Part shown: positions 1-10,924 of the stretch, in pieces | Numbering within the stretch: position 1 is the first letter of the stretch | How the letters are laid out: each line of letters begins with the position of its first letter | Origin: Selenomonas sp. | Lineage (GTDB): Bacteria > Bacillota > Negativicutes > Selenomonadales > Selenomonadaceae | NCBI GenBank assembly: GCA_017635515.1 | Contig: JAGBLH010000250.1 | Coordinates: 8,122 to 72,121, forward strand | Direction of reading: 5' to 3' | DNA length: 64,000 nt | Program-made: the position numbers and the translations under genes | Notes under the pieces: model-generated | Seen by the model: the letters and a program-made list of their open reading frames with translations, nothing else | The model's database searches: none | Told to the model about the DNA's origin: nothing

Positions 1-1188
1 TGCCCCCTCTCCCCCAAGGCCAATTTCTTCGTCAGTAAGATAGCAGGAAGGGTCGCTCTCCCAGAAATCACCGGTGCGGGCCTCGGCCCTGGTGCGGAAA
101 TTGCCATTGCAGTTATCCAGGAACTTGCACTTGGCGCAACGGCCTTTCAGCAGATGTTTCCTATCCTTCAGTCCTGCCATGATGGGGTTGGTCACATCAC
201 TCCAGATATCCCCGAACTTCCTCTCCCGCACATTGCCGAAGGTGTGGTGCTGGGTGAACTGGTCAGGGTGCACATAGCCTAAGGGGTCAACTTCCCCAAA
301 GGCAATGCCGGAGCGATTGCCGCCGTTCATGGAGATATACTCCTTGATCTTGGCAGCGGTTCCCTCCTCGCCTTCAGCCAGAGCCTTCAAATACATATAA
401 ACCCCGTCGCAGTGATTGTCCACCGTGAGGATTTCCTTCTCCAAACCTCTGGCCTCAAAATCCTTGGTGCGGCGGATGATGGTATCCATGGCCCGGCGGG
501 ACTCCTCCGGGGTCACATCCTGATCCATCATGCCAGCCCCCCGGCCGGAGTACACCAGATGGTAGAAGCAGACGCGGTTGATGCCCTTTTCTTCGATGAA
601 GTCAAAGATTTTATCCAGCTCCATGATATTGTGATGGTTGATGGTAAAGCGCAGGCCCACCCGCTGACCCACAGCCACGCAGTTTTCAATCCCCTGCATA
701 GCCTTTTCATAGGCGCCCTCTACCCCGCGGAACCTGTCATTTACGTCCTTCAGCCCATCCAGGGAAATGCCCACATAACCCACGCCGATATCCTTGATGC
801 GCTGGGCCACCTCCCGGGTGATGAGAGTGCCGTTGGTAGAAAGGGTGGGACGTACTCCCTTCTTTTCCGCATACTCCGCCAGCTCGAAGAAATCCGGACG
901 GATCAAAGGCTCCCCGCCAGAAAACAGCAGCACAGGCACATGGAAATCTGCCAGATCGTCAATGAACTTCTTGGCTTCCTCGGTAGTCAGCTCATCCTTG
1001 TACTTCTGGGCATCGGACTGCATATAGCAGTGCATACACTTCAAGTTGCAGGTCTTGGTAGAATTCCACACCACCACCGGTCCCATGCCCTCGGCCGCGC
1101 CGTTGCGCATGGCATGGGCATTCTTCGTATAGCGGAGCTGATCCCCGTAGTATTCCCTGGCAAACAAAAGCTTCGTTACGCTAATCAA
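1..1188 (-). CDS. nirJ1: Radical SAM/SPASM protein, NirJ1/AhbC type (alternative heme biosynthesis); 3' end runs off the window
   Basis: Manual translation (absent from the ORF track): TTG start after GGAGAG, MISVTKLLFAREYYGDQLRY...VVWNSTKTCNLKCMHCY (CxxxCxxC), FSGGEPL, C-terminal CAKCKFLDNCNGNFRTRA...DPSCY SPASM region. Confidence 0.85.
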   Translation of the reverse strand, partial: MISVTKLLFAREYYGDQLRYTKNAHAMRNGAAEGMGPVVVWNSTKTCNLKCMHCYMQSDAQKYKDELTTEEAKKFIDDLADFHVPVLLFSGGEPLIRPDFFELAEYAEKKGVRPTLSTNGTLITREVAQRIKDIGVGYVGISLDGLKDVNDRFRGVEGAYEKAMQGIENCVAVGQRVGLRFTINHHNIMELDKIFDFIEEKGINRVCFYHLVYSGRGAGMMDQDVTPEESRRAMDTIIRRTKDFEARGLEKEILTVDNHCDGVYMYLKALAEGEEGTAAKIKEYISMNGGNRSGIAFGEVDPLGYVHPDQFTQHHTFGNVRERKFGDIWSDVTNPIMAGLKDRKHLLKGRCAKCKFLDNCNGNFRTRAEARTGDFWESDPSCYLTDEEIGLGGEGA

Positions 1189-1225
1189 AATCAAACACTC
1201 TCCTGTAATAAGGTATAGGAGGCCT

Positions 1226-1888
1226 TCAGCCTTCCCCCTGCAATCCTAATGGACATTTTTGCGGTTGTTTTTCCTTGCGGATGCCGTTCAGCAGCAGGCA
1301 TGTCTTCATGCGTACATTTTCCCTGAAGGGAATGTCCAGCTTGCTGAAGGCTGCCGCCTGATAAATGGAATGCAGAGTCTCAGCAATCAGCTCTGCCGGC
1401 ACATCATCGCGGATCTCTCCAGCCAGCTGCCCCCGGCTGATGATTTCCTCAAAGATGTCCTTGAAACCCGGCGTGGCAGAGCCATGCCCCGCCCCCGAGT
1501 GTCCCATGCCCTGCGGGTGATGAGACTCTGCCGCCCGCTCAGAAGCAGAGAGGAACAAAGGAAGCACATAGCGGTTCTCGTCCAAGAAGGTGGAAGTGGC
1601 CATGATGCCGGCCGCCAAAGTCTCCACTGCCTTGTCGCCCCGCTCACGGCTTTCCCGCACCGCCGCTTCCACCATTTCCACGGAGTCTCCCAAAAGGGCC
1701 ATCAGCACCTCTTCTTTGGACTGAAAATAATTGTAAAAGGTGCCCGTGCCCAAATCTGCGCCATTCATAATGTCAGCCACGGAGGTCTCCTTGTACCCTC
1801 GGTCGATAAAAAGCTGCTGGGCAGCCTTCAGGATAGCCTGCCGGGAAAGCTGCTTCTTTCTTTCCCGGCGGCCCACTATCTCTGCCAT
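1226..1888 (-). CDS. TetR/AcrR family transcriptional regulator
   Basis: N-terminal HTH GYKETSVADIMNGADLGTGTFYNYFQSKEEV. Confidence 0.9.
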   Translation of the reverse strand: MAEIVGRRERKKQLSRQAILKAAQQLFIDRGYKETSVADIMNGADLGTGTFYNYFQSKEEVLMALLGDSVEMVEAAVRESRERGDKAVETLAAGIMATSTFLDENRYVLPLFLSASERAAESHHPQGMGHSGAGHGSATPGFKDIFEEIISRGQLAGEIRDDVPAELIAETLHSIYQAAAFSKLDIPFRENVRMKTCLLLNGIRKEKQPQKCPLGLQGEG

Positions 1889-1967
1889 CCTTATCTCTCC
1901 TGTCTTGCAAGCCTGAATTAATCATTCAATTCAGTATAACTGAAATACGTCCCCTTTGAAAGTCAAA

Positions 1968-1984
1968 AATGAACTCTATTCATT
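1968..1984. promoter_or_regulatory. Palindrome AATGAA-N5-TTCATT, candidate TetR operator
   Basis: Perfect 6-bp inverted repeat in the AT-rich region upstream of the tetR gene. Confidence 0.35.
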
Positions 1985-2123
1985 ATTTCGCGCTAGTATA
2001 CAATATTCCTGCTAATGGTGGCTTTTATTTATCATTTCTTTACGATAAAATAATTATGCACACATTTGGGCTCGTAAGCAGGAAACACAAAATCTATGGC
2101 GAAAGTATATGGAAAATCTACAA

Positions 2124-2137
2124 TGTGCTCGTTCTCA
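2124..2137. promoter_or_regulatory. Candidate LacI-family operator TGTGCTCGTTCTCA (autoregulation)
   Basis: Fits TGTG-N2-CG-N2-CACA with one mismatch; same motif at 10925-10938. Confidence 0.5.
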
Positions 2138-2190
2138 CTATGCACACATTCACATAAACAAGCGCTATCAGATAAAGGAGTAAGGCTATC

Positions 2191-3210
2191 ATGGTAACCA
2201 TCAAACAAATAGCGGAGCTTTGCGGTGTCTCCCGGGGTACCGTGGACAGGGTGGTGAACCGCCGGGGCAAGGTGAAGCCCGAGAAAGAACAGCTGATACT
2301 CGAGACCATGCGGAAGCTGAACTACCAGCCCAACCCCGCCGGGCGGGCTCTGGCTGCCCGCAAGAAGTCCCCCATCGTAGGGGTGCTCATCCCCTCCATT
2401 GGCATCCATTTCTTCGACGATGTGCTGGCCTCCATGCAGAGGGCCGCCAAGCGCTACGACTCTTACGGCCTCAAGGTCATCTGGCGCAGCATGAGAGGCT
2501 ACAATGTGGAGGAGCAGTGCCGCCTCATTGACGAGCTCTCCCCTCAGGTGCAAGCCCTCATCATCAACCCAGTTGACCATCCTGAGGTAGTGCACAGGCT
2601 CAACCGCCTCATAGATGACGGCATCTTAGTCATCACCATCAACAATGATGCCCCCGGCCTTTCCCGCCACATCTATGTAGGCTCCGACTACCTGGAAGGT
2701 GGCCGCACAGCAGGGGCTCTCATGCGCATGATTGGCCCTGAGCAGCTGAATGTGGGGGTGCTCTTGGGGTCGCTCTCCATGCTGGGCCACCGCCAAAGAT
2801 TGGATGGTTTCCGAGAGACTATGGGCGACAAATGCAACATCCTCTCCATTCACGAGACGGAAGATGATGACATGATCGCCTACGAGCATGTCACCGAGCT
2901 CTTGAAGAACGAGCCGAAACTCAACGCTCTCTTCGTCATTTCCTCCGGCGCCTCCTACGGCGCCAGCCGAGCGGTACTGTCAGCAGGACTGGCAGGCAAG
3001 ATCACCATCATCGTCTTCGACACCATCCCCACCACCCTCCGCATGATGCAGCAAGGCGTCATCCAAGCCGCCCTCTACCAGCATCCCCACGAACAGGGCC
3101 GCCGCTCCATGCAGGTAGCCTTCGAGTATCTGATAAATGGGACACCGCCGGAAAGAGATCGCTACATCATGCGCAACGAGATACGTATTCTTCAGAATGC
3201 AGAGAACTGA
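2191..3210 (+). CDS. LacI family transcriptional regulator (probable arabinose operon regulator)
   Basis: MVTIKQIAELCGVSRGTVDRVVN HTH, LNYQPN hinge, periplasmic-binding-like C-terminal domain; adjacent to the ara operon. Confidence 0.92.
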   Translation: MVTIKQIAELCGVSRGTVDRVVNRRGKVKPEKEQLILETMRKLNYQPNPAGRALAARKKSPIVGVLIPSIGIHFFDDVLASMQRAAKRYDSYGLKVIWRSMRGYNVEEQCRLIDELSPQVQALIINPVDHPEVVHRLNRLIDDGILVITINNDAPGLSRHIYVGSDYLEGGRTAGALMRMIGPEQLNVGVLLGSLSMLGHRQRLDGFRETMGDKCNILSIHETEDDDMIAYEHVTELLKNEPKLNALFVISSGASYGASRAVLSAGLAGKITIIVFDTIPTTLRMMQQGVIQAALYQHPHEQGRRSMQVAFEYLINGTPPERDRYIMRNEIRILQNAEN

Positions 3211-3256
3211 CTGCCTTCCCCTCTGAGGAGGGCTTTTTCATTGCCCAAAAACCACA

Positions 3257-3284
3257 AAAAAATGAGACAGCCAAAGGCTGTCTC
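3257..3284 (-). terminator. Intrinsic terminator of the ara operon
   Basis: GAGACAGCC-AAA-GGCTGTCTC hairpin with a T-run on the minus strand. Confidence 0.6.
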
Positions 3285-3330
3285 CAAGCTAGGGTTTGAA
3301 CTTTATTGAGAAAGTAAGGTACACGCAAGA

Positions 3331-4755
3331 TTAGAGGATTTCCACCAGTTCCATGCCCAGCATGGTGCCCAGGTCATGGAGCTGTTCGGGGGTCAAGGTG
3401 AAGGACAGGACGGTGTGGTGTCCGCCGCCTGCGCGCATCCATTCCTCGGAGCCCTTCCTGAGGCCTACGGTGGGAGTCCAGAGCTGCTTAGCTACCGGCA
3501 GGTGCGGGGTCTCAGCCTCGGCCTTGCGGCAGTCAACGGGGTAGTAAATCAGGCGGAAGCCCTCACGGAAATCTGCCACGGTGACATCCACGCCCTTGCC
3601 GTCTGCGCCGGTGAACACCAGGCGGGCAGGATCATCCTTGCCGCCGATGTCGAGAGGATGAACCTCCACGCGCGGCTTGTCGCTGGCAATGGTGGGATCA
3701 ACCTCCAGCATATGAGCGCCCAAGATAGCCTCATGGCCCTTGCGCAGGTCGAGGGTGTAGTCCTCCATAAAGACGGTGCGGTCATTGTGAGCCATGATTT
3801 TCAGCAGGCGGGTCAGAGCCGCATGCTTCCAGTCGCCCTCGGCGCCGAAGCCATAGCCCTCAGCCATCAGCAGCTGGGCAGCCAGGCCCGGCAACTGCTT
3901 GAGGCCCTTGAGATCCTGGAAGTTGGTGCAGAAAGCGGTGTAGCCCCTGTCATCCAGGAATTTCTTGATGCCGAGGTATTCCCTCAGCTGATACTTCACG
4001 GATTCGGTGAACTTCTCAGTGGCATTATCCTGGGGAGCCAGGTCATACTTGTTGCGGAGTTCCTGATAAGCGCGGTCAATGTCCTCTTCGCTGACAGCGT
4101 CAATGACCTCCACCAGGTCGCCCACCGGCCAGTAATCCACCGTCCAGCCCAGCTGAATCTGAGCCTGCACCTTGTCACCCTCGGTGACAGCCACATCGCG
4201 CATGGTATCGCCGAAGCGGCAGACCTTCAGCTTGAAGCTCTCATTGTAGGCCACAGCCACATCCTGCCAGCTGGCAATCTCGGCCTGCACTTCCTCATCG
4301 CCCCAGAAGCCGTAGACAATCTTGTTCTTGAGGTTCAGGCGGGAGTTAAGATAAGCATACTCGCGGTCACCATGAGCGCTCTGATTGAGGTTCATATAGT
4401 CAAAGTCGATAGTGTCATAGGGAATATCCTGGCGGTACTGGGTAGCCAGATGCAGCAAAGGCTTCTGCAACAGCACCGTGCCGCGAATCCAGTTCTTGGC
4501 AGGAGAGAAGGTATGCATCCAGGTGATGACACCAGCCACTTCCTCGTGGTAGTTCACATCCTTCATGAACTGGGTGATGCCGTCAGCAGTGGTCATAACC
4601 CCTTTGCACACTACCTTGTAGGGCAGCTTGCCACTCTCATTGAGCTTCTTGACAATATCTTCCGCATCACGGGCCACATTCTTCAGCTGCTCCTCACCAT
4701 AGAGGAACTGGCTGCCAGCCACAAACCAAAATTCATAATCAGGTACATTAAGCAT
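3331..4755 (-). CDS. araA: L-arabinose isomerase
   Basis: [64 protein letters not shown]; start reset to ATG 4755 after AAGGAG (474 aa). Confidence 0.96.
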   Translation of the reverse strand: MLNVPDYEFWFVAGSQFLYGEEQLKNVARDAEDIVKKLNESGKLPYKVVCKGVMTTADGITQFMKDVNYHEEVAGVITWMHTFSPAKNWIRGTVLLQKPLLHLATQYRQDIPYDTIDFDYMNLNQSAHGDREYAYLNSRLNLKNKIVYGFWGDEEVQAEIASWQDVAVAYNESFKLKVCRFGDTMRDVAVTEGDKVQAQIQLGWTVDYWPVGDLVEVIDAVSEEDIDRAYQELRNKYDLAPQDNATEKFTESVKYQLREYLGIKKFLDDRGYTAFCTNFQDLKGLKQLPGLAAQLLMAEGYGFGAEGDWKHAALTRLLKIMAHNDRTVFMEDYTLDLRKGHEAILGAHMLEVDPTIASDKPRVEVHPLDIGGKDDPARLVFTGADGKGVDVTVADFREGFRLIYYPVDCRKAEAETPHLPVAKQLWTPTVGLRKGSEEWMRAGGGHHTVLSFTLTPEQLHDLGTMLGMELVEIL

Positions 4756-4828
4756 GGTAAAAACTCCTTTGCTAAACTCTCGTATTCTAATAGACATTAC
4801 TACGGCTTCACCCGCCGTAACCTCTACC

Positions 4829-6433
4829 TTACTCCGCAATATGCTGTCCAGCCGCCCGCTCCAGCTCCAGCCCCTCTTTATAGGCCCGCAGGTAGGCATT
4901 AGCTCCCATCCTGCTTTCTGCCTTGGGCGGCAGGGTCGTGCTCTTGGCTTCGGCAAAGATGGCCCTCTCCAGGAAGTCCGGCAGGCCCTCATGCTCATTT
5001 TTCTTTCTGAGATACAGAGCCAGCACCGCCATGCCCCAAGGGCCGCCGCTGCCTGCCGTCTCCATGACGGTGATGGGCACTCCCAAAAGGTCAGCCAAGG
5101 CCTGCTGGGCAATCTCCGGGGTCTTCAGGAGGCCGCCCTGTGCCACCATGGACTCAGCCTCCACATGCTCCTCCTCTGTGAGCACCTGCATGCCCACGGC
5201 CAAGGGAGCCAAAGCCCCATAAAGCTGGGTCAGCATGAACTCAGGCAGGTGCATCTTCGCTTTCGGCCCTCTCACAAAGAGAGGACGTCCCTTGTCCACC
5301 CGGGTCACATTCTCGCCGGACAGGCAGCTGTAGTTCAGCAATCCCCCTGCATCCCTGTCAGCCTCCTTGGTGTGGGAAAGCAGCAAACTGTAGAGCTTGC
5401 CGCCCTTCACATCAGAGCCTAAGAGCCCTGCAAACTCCTCGAACAGCCCTACCCAGGCATTGAGGTCAGAAGTGCAATTGTTGGTATGCACCATGGCTAC
5501 GGTAGCCCCATCCGGGGTCATGACCACATCTATATCCTCATGGACAGAGGCCAGGGGGGCACTCAGCACATTCATGGAAAAGGCAGAAGTACCTACGGAA
5601 ATATTGCCGGTACCGGGACGCACAGCATTGGTTGACACCATGCCGGTGCCCGCATCTCCCTCGGGAGGAGCGCAGACCGTTCCCGGCTCCAAAGTGCCAC
5701 TGGGGTCAAGGAGCTTTGCCCCCTCTGCCGTGAGCTCACCTGCCTGCTCCCCTGCCTTGAGAACTCTGGGCAGGAGCTCTGCCAGCCGCCAGCCGCAGCC
5801 TTTCACCTCAGTGAGCTGCTGGAACTTCAGGAGCATATCTGCATCGTAGCCACCGGTAGCTTGATCAATGGGGAACATGCCGGAAGCATCCCCCACCCCC
5901 AAAACTTTCTCCCCGGTGAGCTGCCAATGCACATAGCCTGCCAAAGTGGTAAGGAAAGATATCCTTGGCACTTCCTTTTCCCCGTTCAGGATAGCCTGAT
6001 AAAGATGAGCGATGCTCCAGCGCTGGGGAATATTGAAGTTCAGCAGTTCTGTGAGCTTTTTGGCAGCCTCCCCGGTGATGTTATTTCTCCAGGTGCGGAA
6101 CTGCGACAGCTGCTGCCCTTCTTTATCAAAGGCCAAATAACCATGCATCATGGCGCTGACGCCGAAGCTACCGATCTTCGTGAGCTTCACGCCGTATTGC
6201 TTCTCTACATCAGCCGCCAGTTCTGCGTAGCAAGTCTGAATTCCCTTCCAAACTGCCTCCAGACTATAAGTCCAGATACCATCTTCCAGCTGATTCTCCC
6301 AGCCGAAGCTGCCTTCAGCGATAGTATTTGCCTCGCCATCCACCAGCACAGCCTTGATATTGGTGGAGCCAAGCTCCAGTCCCAAGGCTGTGTCACCGGC
6401 CTCAAGTGCCTTTATGATTTCTCCCTTTGCCAA
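4829..6433 (-). CDS. araB: FGGY-family L-ribulokinase
   Basis: [39 protein letters not shown]; directly upstream of araA. Confidence 0.88.
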   Translation of the reverse strand: MAKGEIIKALEAGDTALGLELGSTNIKAVLVDGEANTIAEGSFGWENQLEDGIWTYSLEAVWKGIQTCYAELAADVEKQYGVKLTKIGSFGVSAMMHGYLAFDKEGQQLSQFRTWRNNITGEAAKKLTELLNFNIPQRWSIAHLYQAILNGEKEVPRISFLTTLAGYVHWQLTGEKVLGVGDASGMFPIDQATGGYDADMLLKFQQLTEVKGCGWRLAELLPRVLKAGEQAGELTAEGAKLLDPSGTLEPGTVCAPPEGDAGTGMVSTNAVRPGTGNISVGTSAFSMNVLSAPLASVHEDIDVVMTPDGATVAMVHTNNCTSDLNAWVGLFEEFAGLLGSDVKGGKLYSLLLSHTKEADRDAGGLLNYSCLSGENVTRVDKGRPLFVRGPKAKMHLPEFMLTQLYGALAPLAVGMQVLTEEEHVEAESMVAQGGLLKTPEIAQQALADLLGVPITVMETAGSGGPWGMAVLALYLRKKNEHEGLPDFLERAIFAEAKSTTLPPKAESRMGANAYLRAYKEGLELERAAGQHIAE

Positions 6434-6446
6434 CCCAATCCACTCC

Positions 6447-7649
6447 TTAACTGTTCTTCTTGCTCTTGAAGTGCAAATCTATAGCCACGGCTGCAAGCAG
6501 AACCAGCCCTTTAACCACACGTTGTACATCCACAGACCAGCCCAGCAGGGACATGCCATTATTGAGCACGCCCATGATCAGTGCGCCTACCACGGCGCCG
6601 GTCACGGTGCCTTCGCCGCCGGGAACGGCGGTGCCGCCGATGTAGCAGGCAGCGATGGCATCCATCTCGAACATATCACCGGCCTTCGGCGTAGCAGAGG
6701 CATTGCGGGCGGTGAGGATGACACCGGCCAGGCCTGCGAGGATGCCCATGTTCACATAAATCCAGAACATGACCTTGTTGACCTTGATGCCGGAGAGAGC
6801 TGCTGCCTTCCTGTTGCCGCCCACGGCGTAAATCTGACGGCCGGGCACGGTGCGGTTGGTGAGGAAAGCGTAGAAAGCCACGAGGACTGCCACAATCATG
6901 AGCACCAGCGGCAGACCCATATACATGGCCAGCTTCACGGTGAAGAAATTGACGATGGCAATGGAAACGCCCACCTTGAAGATAGAAGCGCCCATAGAGG
7001 GAACCTCAAAGCCATTCTTGGCCTTGTTGCGGCGGGAACGGATTTCCATGAAAACAATCAAAGCCGAAAGCAGGAGACCTGCGGTGAGAGCCAAAAGCTC
7101 AAACTTCGTGCCACCAATGGTCGTGAAGAACTGGGGCATATAGCCTGCACCGATCTGGGTGAACTCCTGCGGCAGGGGGCCTTTGGTCTGGCCGTTCAAC
7201 ACCACCAGGGCCAGGCCACGGAACACCAGCATATTAGCCAGGGTAACTATGAATGGCGCGACTCCTAGCTTCGATATGAAGAACCCCTGCCAGACACCTA
7301 CCAAAAGACCAATGCCGATGGCGGCGAGGATGGCCAGGGGGATTGCCATTTGGTAATCCACTACCATGATAGCGGCGATAGCCCCGGAGAAGGCCACCAC
7401 GGAACCAACGGAGAGGTCTACGTTGCCGGTGAGGCAGCAGAGCAGCATGCCTAGGGCCAGCACGATGACGTAGGAATTCTGCATGATGAGGTTATTGACG
7501 TTCATGGGGGATACATTCTTGAAGTCGGACATGAAAGCAAAGATAGCGTAAATGACCACCAAGGCGATGATCATGCCGTACTCCTTGAGCCCCTTCAAAT
7601 TTTCTTTGAAATTGCTATGTGTATCAGGTGTTGCTGCTTGTGACATCAT
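6447..7649 (-). CDS. gguB: Multiple-monosaccharide ABC transporter permease
   Basis: VDLSVGS, PFIVTLA, GRQIYAVGGN, FEMDAIAACYIGG. Confidence 0.88.
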   Translation of the reverse strand: MMSQAATPDTHSNFKENLKGLKEYGMIIALVVIYAIFAFMSDFKNVSPMNVNNLIMQNSYVIVLALGMLLCCLTGNVDLSVGSVVAFSGAIAAIMVVDYQMAIPLAILAAIGIGLLVGVWQGFFISKLGVAPFIVTLANMLVFRGLALVVLNGQTKGPLPQEFTQIGAGYMPQFFTTIGGTKFELLALTAGLLLSALIVFMEIRSRRNKAKNGFEVPSMGASIFKVGVSIAIVNFFTVKLAMYMGLPLVLMIVAVLVAFYAFLTNRTVPGRQIYAVGGNRKAAALSGIKVNKVMFWIYVNMGILAGLAGVILTARNASATPKAGDMFEMDAIAACYIGGTAVPGGEGTVTGAVVGALIMGVLNNGMSLLGWSVDVQRVVKGLVLLAAVAIDLHFKSKKNS

Positions 7650-9199
7650 TAAGCTGTCTCCCTTCTGGCGCTGTGTGCCATGATAATCCGCATAACTGCT
7701 TCCTGATCAAATTCCTCCTTCTGCAGTTCCCCTGCAATCTCGCCCTCATTGAGGACATAGATGCGGTCGGAGAGACCCAGCAGTTCCTCCATATCCGAGG
7801 AAATGACCACCACCGCCTTGCCGGACTCGGCCAGCTGGTTGATGACGGTGTAAATCTCGTACTTCGCCCCCACGTCGATGCCGCGGGTAGGTTCATCCAG
7901 GATAAGCACATCCGGGTCGGAAAGCATCCACTTGGCCAGTACTACCTTCTGCTGGTTACCACCGGAAAGACTTTCCACCCGCTGGGTGAGACTGTCGGCC
8001 TTGACGTTGATTTTCTTCGAGTAATCCTCAGCCGCATGAATCTCGTCATCAGCCTTCAGGATGCCGTTCTCGGAGAAGCGGGATTTGAGGCTGGCCAGGG
8101 ACATATTCCACTTGATATCGTCTATCAGCACCAGTCCGTAGGTTTTCCTGTCCTCAGGCACATAGGCGATATGCTGGTCGATGGCGCTCTGCACATCGGG
8201 AATGGTGATTTCCTTGCCATGCTTGAAAATCTTGCCCCGGCTGCCTGCGCCGTAGGTGTGGCCGAAAAGGCTCATGGCCAGCTCTGTGCGGCCTGCGCCC
8301 ATGAGGCCCGCGAAGCCCACTACCTCTCCCTTCCTCACGTTGAAGGAGATATGGGAAAGGCGCTCCCGCGTGGGGTCGTCTTCATCCTGCACCGTCCAGT
8401 CCTTCACCTCGAAGACCGTCTCGCCAATCTTGGCGTGGCGCTCCGGGTAGCGGTTGGTGAGCTCGCGCCCCACCATGCCCTTGATGATGCGGTTCTCGTC
8501 GATGGGCTCGCCGTGGTCACGCTGGATAGTCTCGATGGTGTGGCCATCGCGGATAACCGTGATGCTGTCCGCCACCCTTGAAACTTCATTTAGCTTGTGG
8601 GAAATCATGATGCTGGTGAGGCCCTTCTGCTTCAGCTTCAGCAAAAGCTCCAGCAAGGTATTGCTCTCCTCATCATTGAGAGCCGAAGTCGGTTCATCGA
8701 GAATCAGGAGCTGTGCATTTTTCGCCAAGGCCTTGGCAATCTCAATCATCTGCTGCTGGCCCATGCCCAGGTCTACCACCTTGCGGTTCACATTCTCATG
8801 CATGCCGATGCTCTTCAGCACCTCAGCCGCCTTGCGCTGGGTTTCCTCCCAGTCGATGACCTGGCCGTATTTGAGGTTCTCGTTGCCGATGAAGATATTC
8901 TCAGCCACCGTCAGCAGAGGTATGAGTGCCAGTTCCTGATGTATGATGACTATGCCTGTTTTCTCGCTGGCCTTGATATCGCTGAACTTCTGCACTTCAC
9001 CTTTATAAACGATGTCGCCTGTATAGCTGCCATAAGGATAAACCCCGGACAGCACATTCATCAGCGTAGACTTGCCTGCGCCATTTTCGCCGCAGAGAGC
9101 GTGTATCTCCCCTTGGCGCACCACCAGATTCACATCATCCAGAGCCTTGACCCCGGAGAAATCCTTGGTGATATGGCGCATTTCCAAAATATTGTCCAT
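7649..9199 (-). CDS. gguA: Monosaccharide ABC transporter ATP-binding protein (tandem NBD)
   Basis: [37 protein letters not shown]; start ATG 9199 after GGAGG. Confidence 0.9.
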   Translation of the reverse strand: MDNILEMRHITKDFSGVKALDDVNLVVRQGEIHALCGENGAGKSTLMNVLSGVYPYGSYTGDIVYKGEVQKFSDIKASEKTGIVIIHQELALIPLLTVAENIFIGNENLKYGQVIDWEETQRKAAEVLKSIGMHENVNRKVVDLGMGQQQMIEIAKALAKNAQLLILDEPTSALNDEESNTLLELLLKLKQKGLTSIMISHKLNEVSRVADSITVIRDGHTIETIQRDHGEPIDENRIIKGMVGRELTNRYPERHAKIGETVFEVKDWTVQDEDDPTRERLSHISFNVRKGEVVGFAGLMGAGRTELAMSLFGHTYGAGSRGKIFKHGKEITIPDVQSAIDQHIAYVPEDRKTYGLVLIDDIKWNMSLASLKSRFSENGILKADDEIHAAEDYSKKINVKADSLTQRVESLSGGNQQKVVLAKWMLSDPDVLILDEPTRGIDVGAKYEIYTVINQLAESGKAVVVISSDMEELLGLSDRIYVLNEGEIAGELQKEEFDQEAVMRIIMAHSARRETA

Positions 9200-9298
9200 G
9201 CCGCCGCCTCCCGTTATGTGGACGAGCACATTTCTAATTTAATCATAAGGGCGGAATCCTTCCCGCCCTTATGAAAACCAGAAATCAATCAAATTTCA

Positions 9299-9405
9299 GC
9301 CCATGGATGGGCGTTTGCGGCCGTTGGATTTCATGGATGAAATCCAAGGCCGCGCTTTCTTTTGGTTCGTTTTCTTTACTCTAAAGAAAATGAACAAACG
9401 CGCCC
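9299..9405. repeat. Three-hairpin intergenic repeat, copy 1
   Basis: GCCCATGGATGGGC, a hairpin, then TTTCTTTTGGTTCGTTTTCTTT-loop-AAAGAAAATGAAC; homologous to 20901-21003. Confidence 0.75.
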
Positions 9406-10509
9406 TTACTTCAGCTGGTCAGCCTTGTAGTATCCGCTGTCCACCAGCTCTTTCTGATAGTTGGTCTTGTCCACTGCCACCGGAGTGCAGAGGTAGGAAG
9501 GAACTACCAGCTTGTGGTTGTCATAGGACTTGGTGTCGTTGATTTCGGGAGTCTTGCCTTCCAGCACAGCCTGCACCATGGTCACGCACTTGTCAGCCAG
9601 GGTACGGGTATCCTTGAAGATGGTCATGGTCTGCTTGCCGGAGATGATGTTCTTGGTAGCCATGAGCTCGGCATCCTGGCCGGTGATCAGAGGCCAGTTC
9701 TTGCCAACCTGATAGCCTGCGCCCTCAAGGGCTGCGGCGATGCCGTAGCTGATGCCATCAAAGGGAGAGATAACTGCATCCAGCTTCTTGCCATCGGTGT
9801 AGTAACCGGAAATCAGGTCTTCCATGCGGCGCTGTGCGGTCTCCTGAGACCAGCGCAGGGTGCAGATGGTGTCAAAGTCGGTCTGCTTGGAAGGAACCAC
9901 CAGCTGGCCGTTGTCGATGTACTTCTGGAGCACCTCGAACACACCGTCATTGAGGAAATGTGCATTGTTGTCGTCCGGGGAGCCGGCGAAGAACTCTACG
10001 TTGTAGGGGCCTTTGCCCTCAGCCAGGCCGAGATTCTTTTCCACATATTTGCCGATCAAGGTGCCTACGCCCTTGTTATCAAAGGTTGCATAGTAGGAAA
10101 CGCTGTCCGTGTCCATCAGGAGACGGTCATAGGCGATAACGGGAATGTTATTGGCCTTGGCCTGTGCCAGAGCATTCACCAGGGCGCTGGAGTCGATGGA
10201 AGCTACCACCAGGCAGTTAGCACCATTGGTGATCATGTTCTCAATCTGAGAAACCTGTGCCTGTACGTCATCCTCGGCGTATTGCAAATCAACCTGATAG
10301 CCCAATGCTTCCAGCTTTTCCTTCATGTTGGCGCCGTCCTGAATCCATCTCTGGGAGGACTGGGTAGGCATTGCCACGCCTACGCGCTTGCCACCACTGT
10401 TTGCTGCCGAACTGCTGCTGCCGCTATTGGCACCACCGCCGCAGCCTGCCGCTGCAATCATCATGACGCCTGCCAGCGCCGCTGCCACTAACTTCTTGAG
10501 TTTGAACAT
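9406..10509 (-). CDS. chvE: Sugar ABC transporter substrate-binding lipoprotein (ChvE/SbpA type)
   Basis: Lipobox AAAGC, VGVAMPTQSSQRWIQDG, VIAYDRL, FFAGSPDDNNA, ITGQDAE, FKDTR. Confidence 0.92.
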   Translation of the reverse strand: MFKLKKLVAAALAGVMMIAAAGCGGGANSGSSSSAANSGGKRVGVAMPTQSSQRWIQDGANMKEKLEALGYQVDLQYAEDDVQAQVSQIENMITNGANCLVVASIDSSALVNALAQAKANNIPVIAYDRLLMDTDSVSYYATFDNKGVGTLIGKYVEKNLGLAEGKGPYNVEFFAGSPDDNNAHFLNDGVFEVLQKYIDNGQLVVPSKQTDFDTICTLRWSQETAQRRMEDLISGYYTDGKKLDAVISPFDGISYGIAAALEGAGYQVGKNWPLITGQDAELMATKNIISGKQTMTIFKDTRTLADKCVTMVQAVLEGKTPEINDTKSYDNHKLVVPSYLCTPVAVDKTNYQKELVDSGYYKADQLK

Positions 10510-10573
10510 TGTTTTCCCTCCAGTTGAAGACCGTTGATACTAAACCTGACAAACCCTTGCACAAACCAGTTTC

Positions 10574-10906
10574 CTACGCTTCTGCCGCACCTTCCTTCAT
10601 GTATCGCATTCCCACACAGTAGAAGACCAGGCAGAGGGCAATAGCCACGTTCAGTCCCACGCTGGCGGGCCAGTAGAAGGAAATAAAGCCACAAACCGCC
10701 GTGAAAATCTCCACAGCCTTCAGCTTCCTGGCGTTATCCTCCCGGGCATCGTCGTCATCATGTGACGTACACATGAGCTGATATCCCTGTCCCGTGAAGC
10801 CGGTCATGACCAGTATCAGCAATGCCTGCTCCGAGCCTTCAAAGATAGCGGTCATCCCCGCCGTCACCAGCATCATCATGAGCAGCACCTGCATAGCTCT
10901 CTTCAC
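10574..10906 (-). CDS. Small hydrophobic membrane protein, first gene of the ara operon
   Basis: About four hydrophobic segments; probable GTG start after GAGG; lies between the promoter/operator and chvE. Confidence 0.6.
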   Translation of the reverse strand: MKRAMQVLLMMMLVTAGMTAIFEGSEQALLILVMTGFTGQGYQLMCTSHDDDDAREDNARKLKAVEIFTAVCGFISFYWPASVGLNVAIALCLVFYCVGMRYMKEGAAEA

Positions 10907-10924
10907 GGCCTCACGCCCTTTCTC

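Noticed and set aside
4756-5112. N-terminal extension of araA in the ORF track
   Set aside because: Overlaps araB out of frame; homology and SD point to ATG 4755
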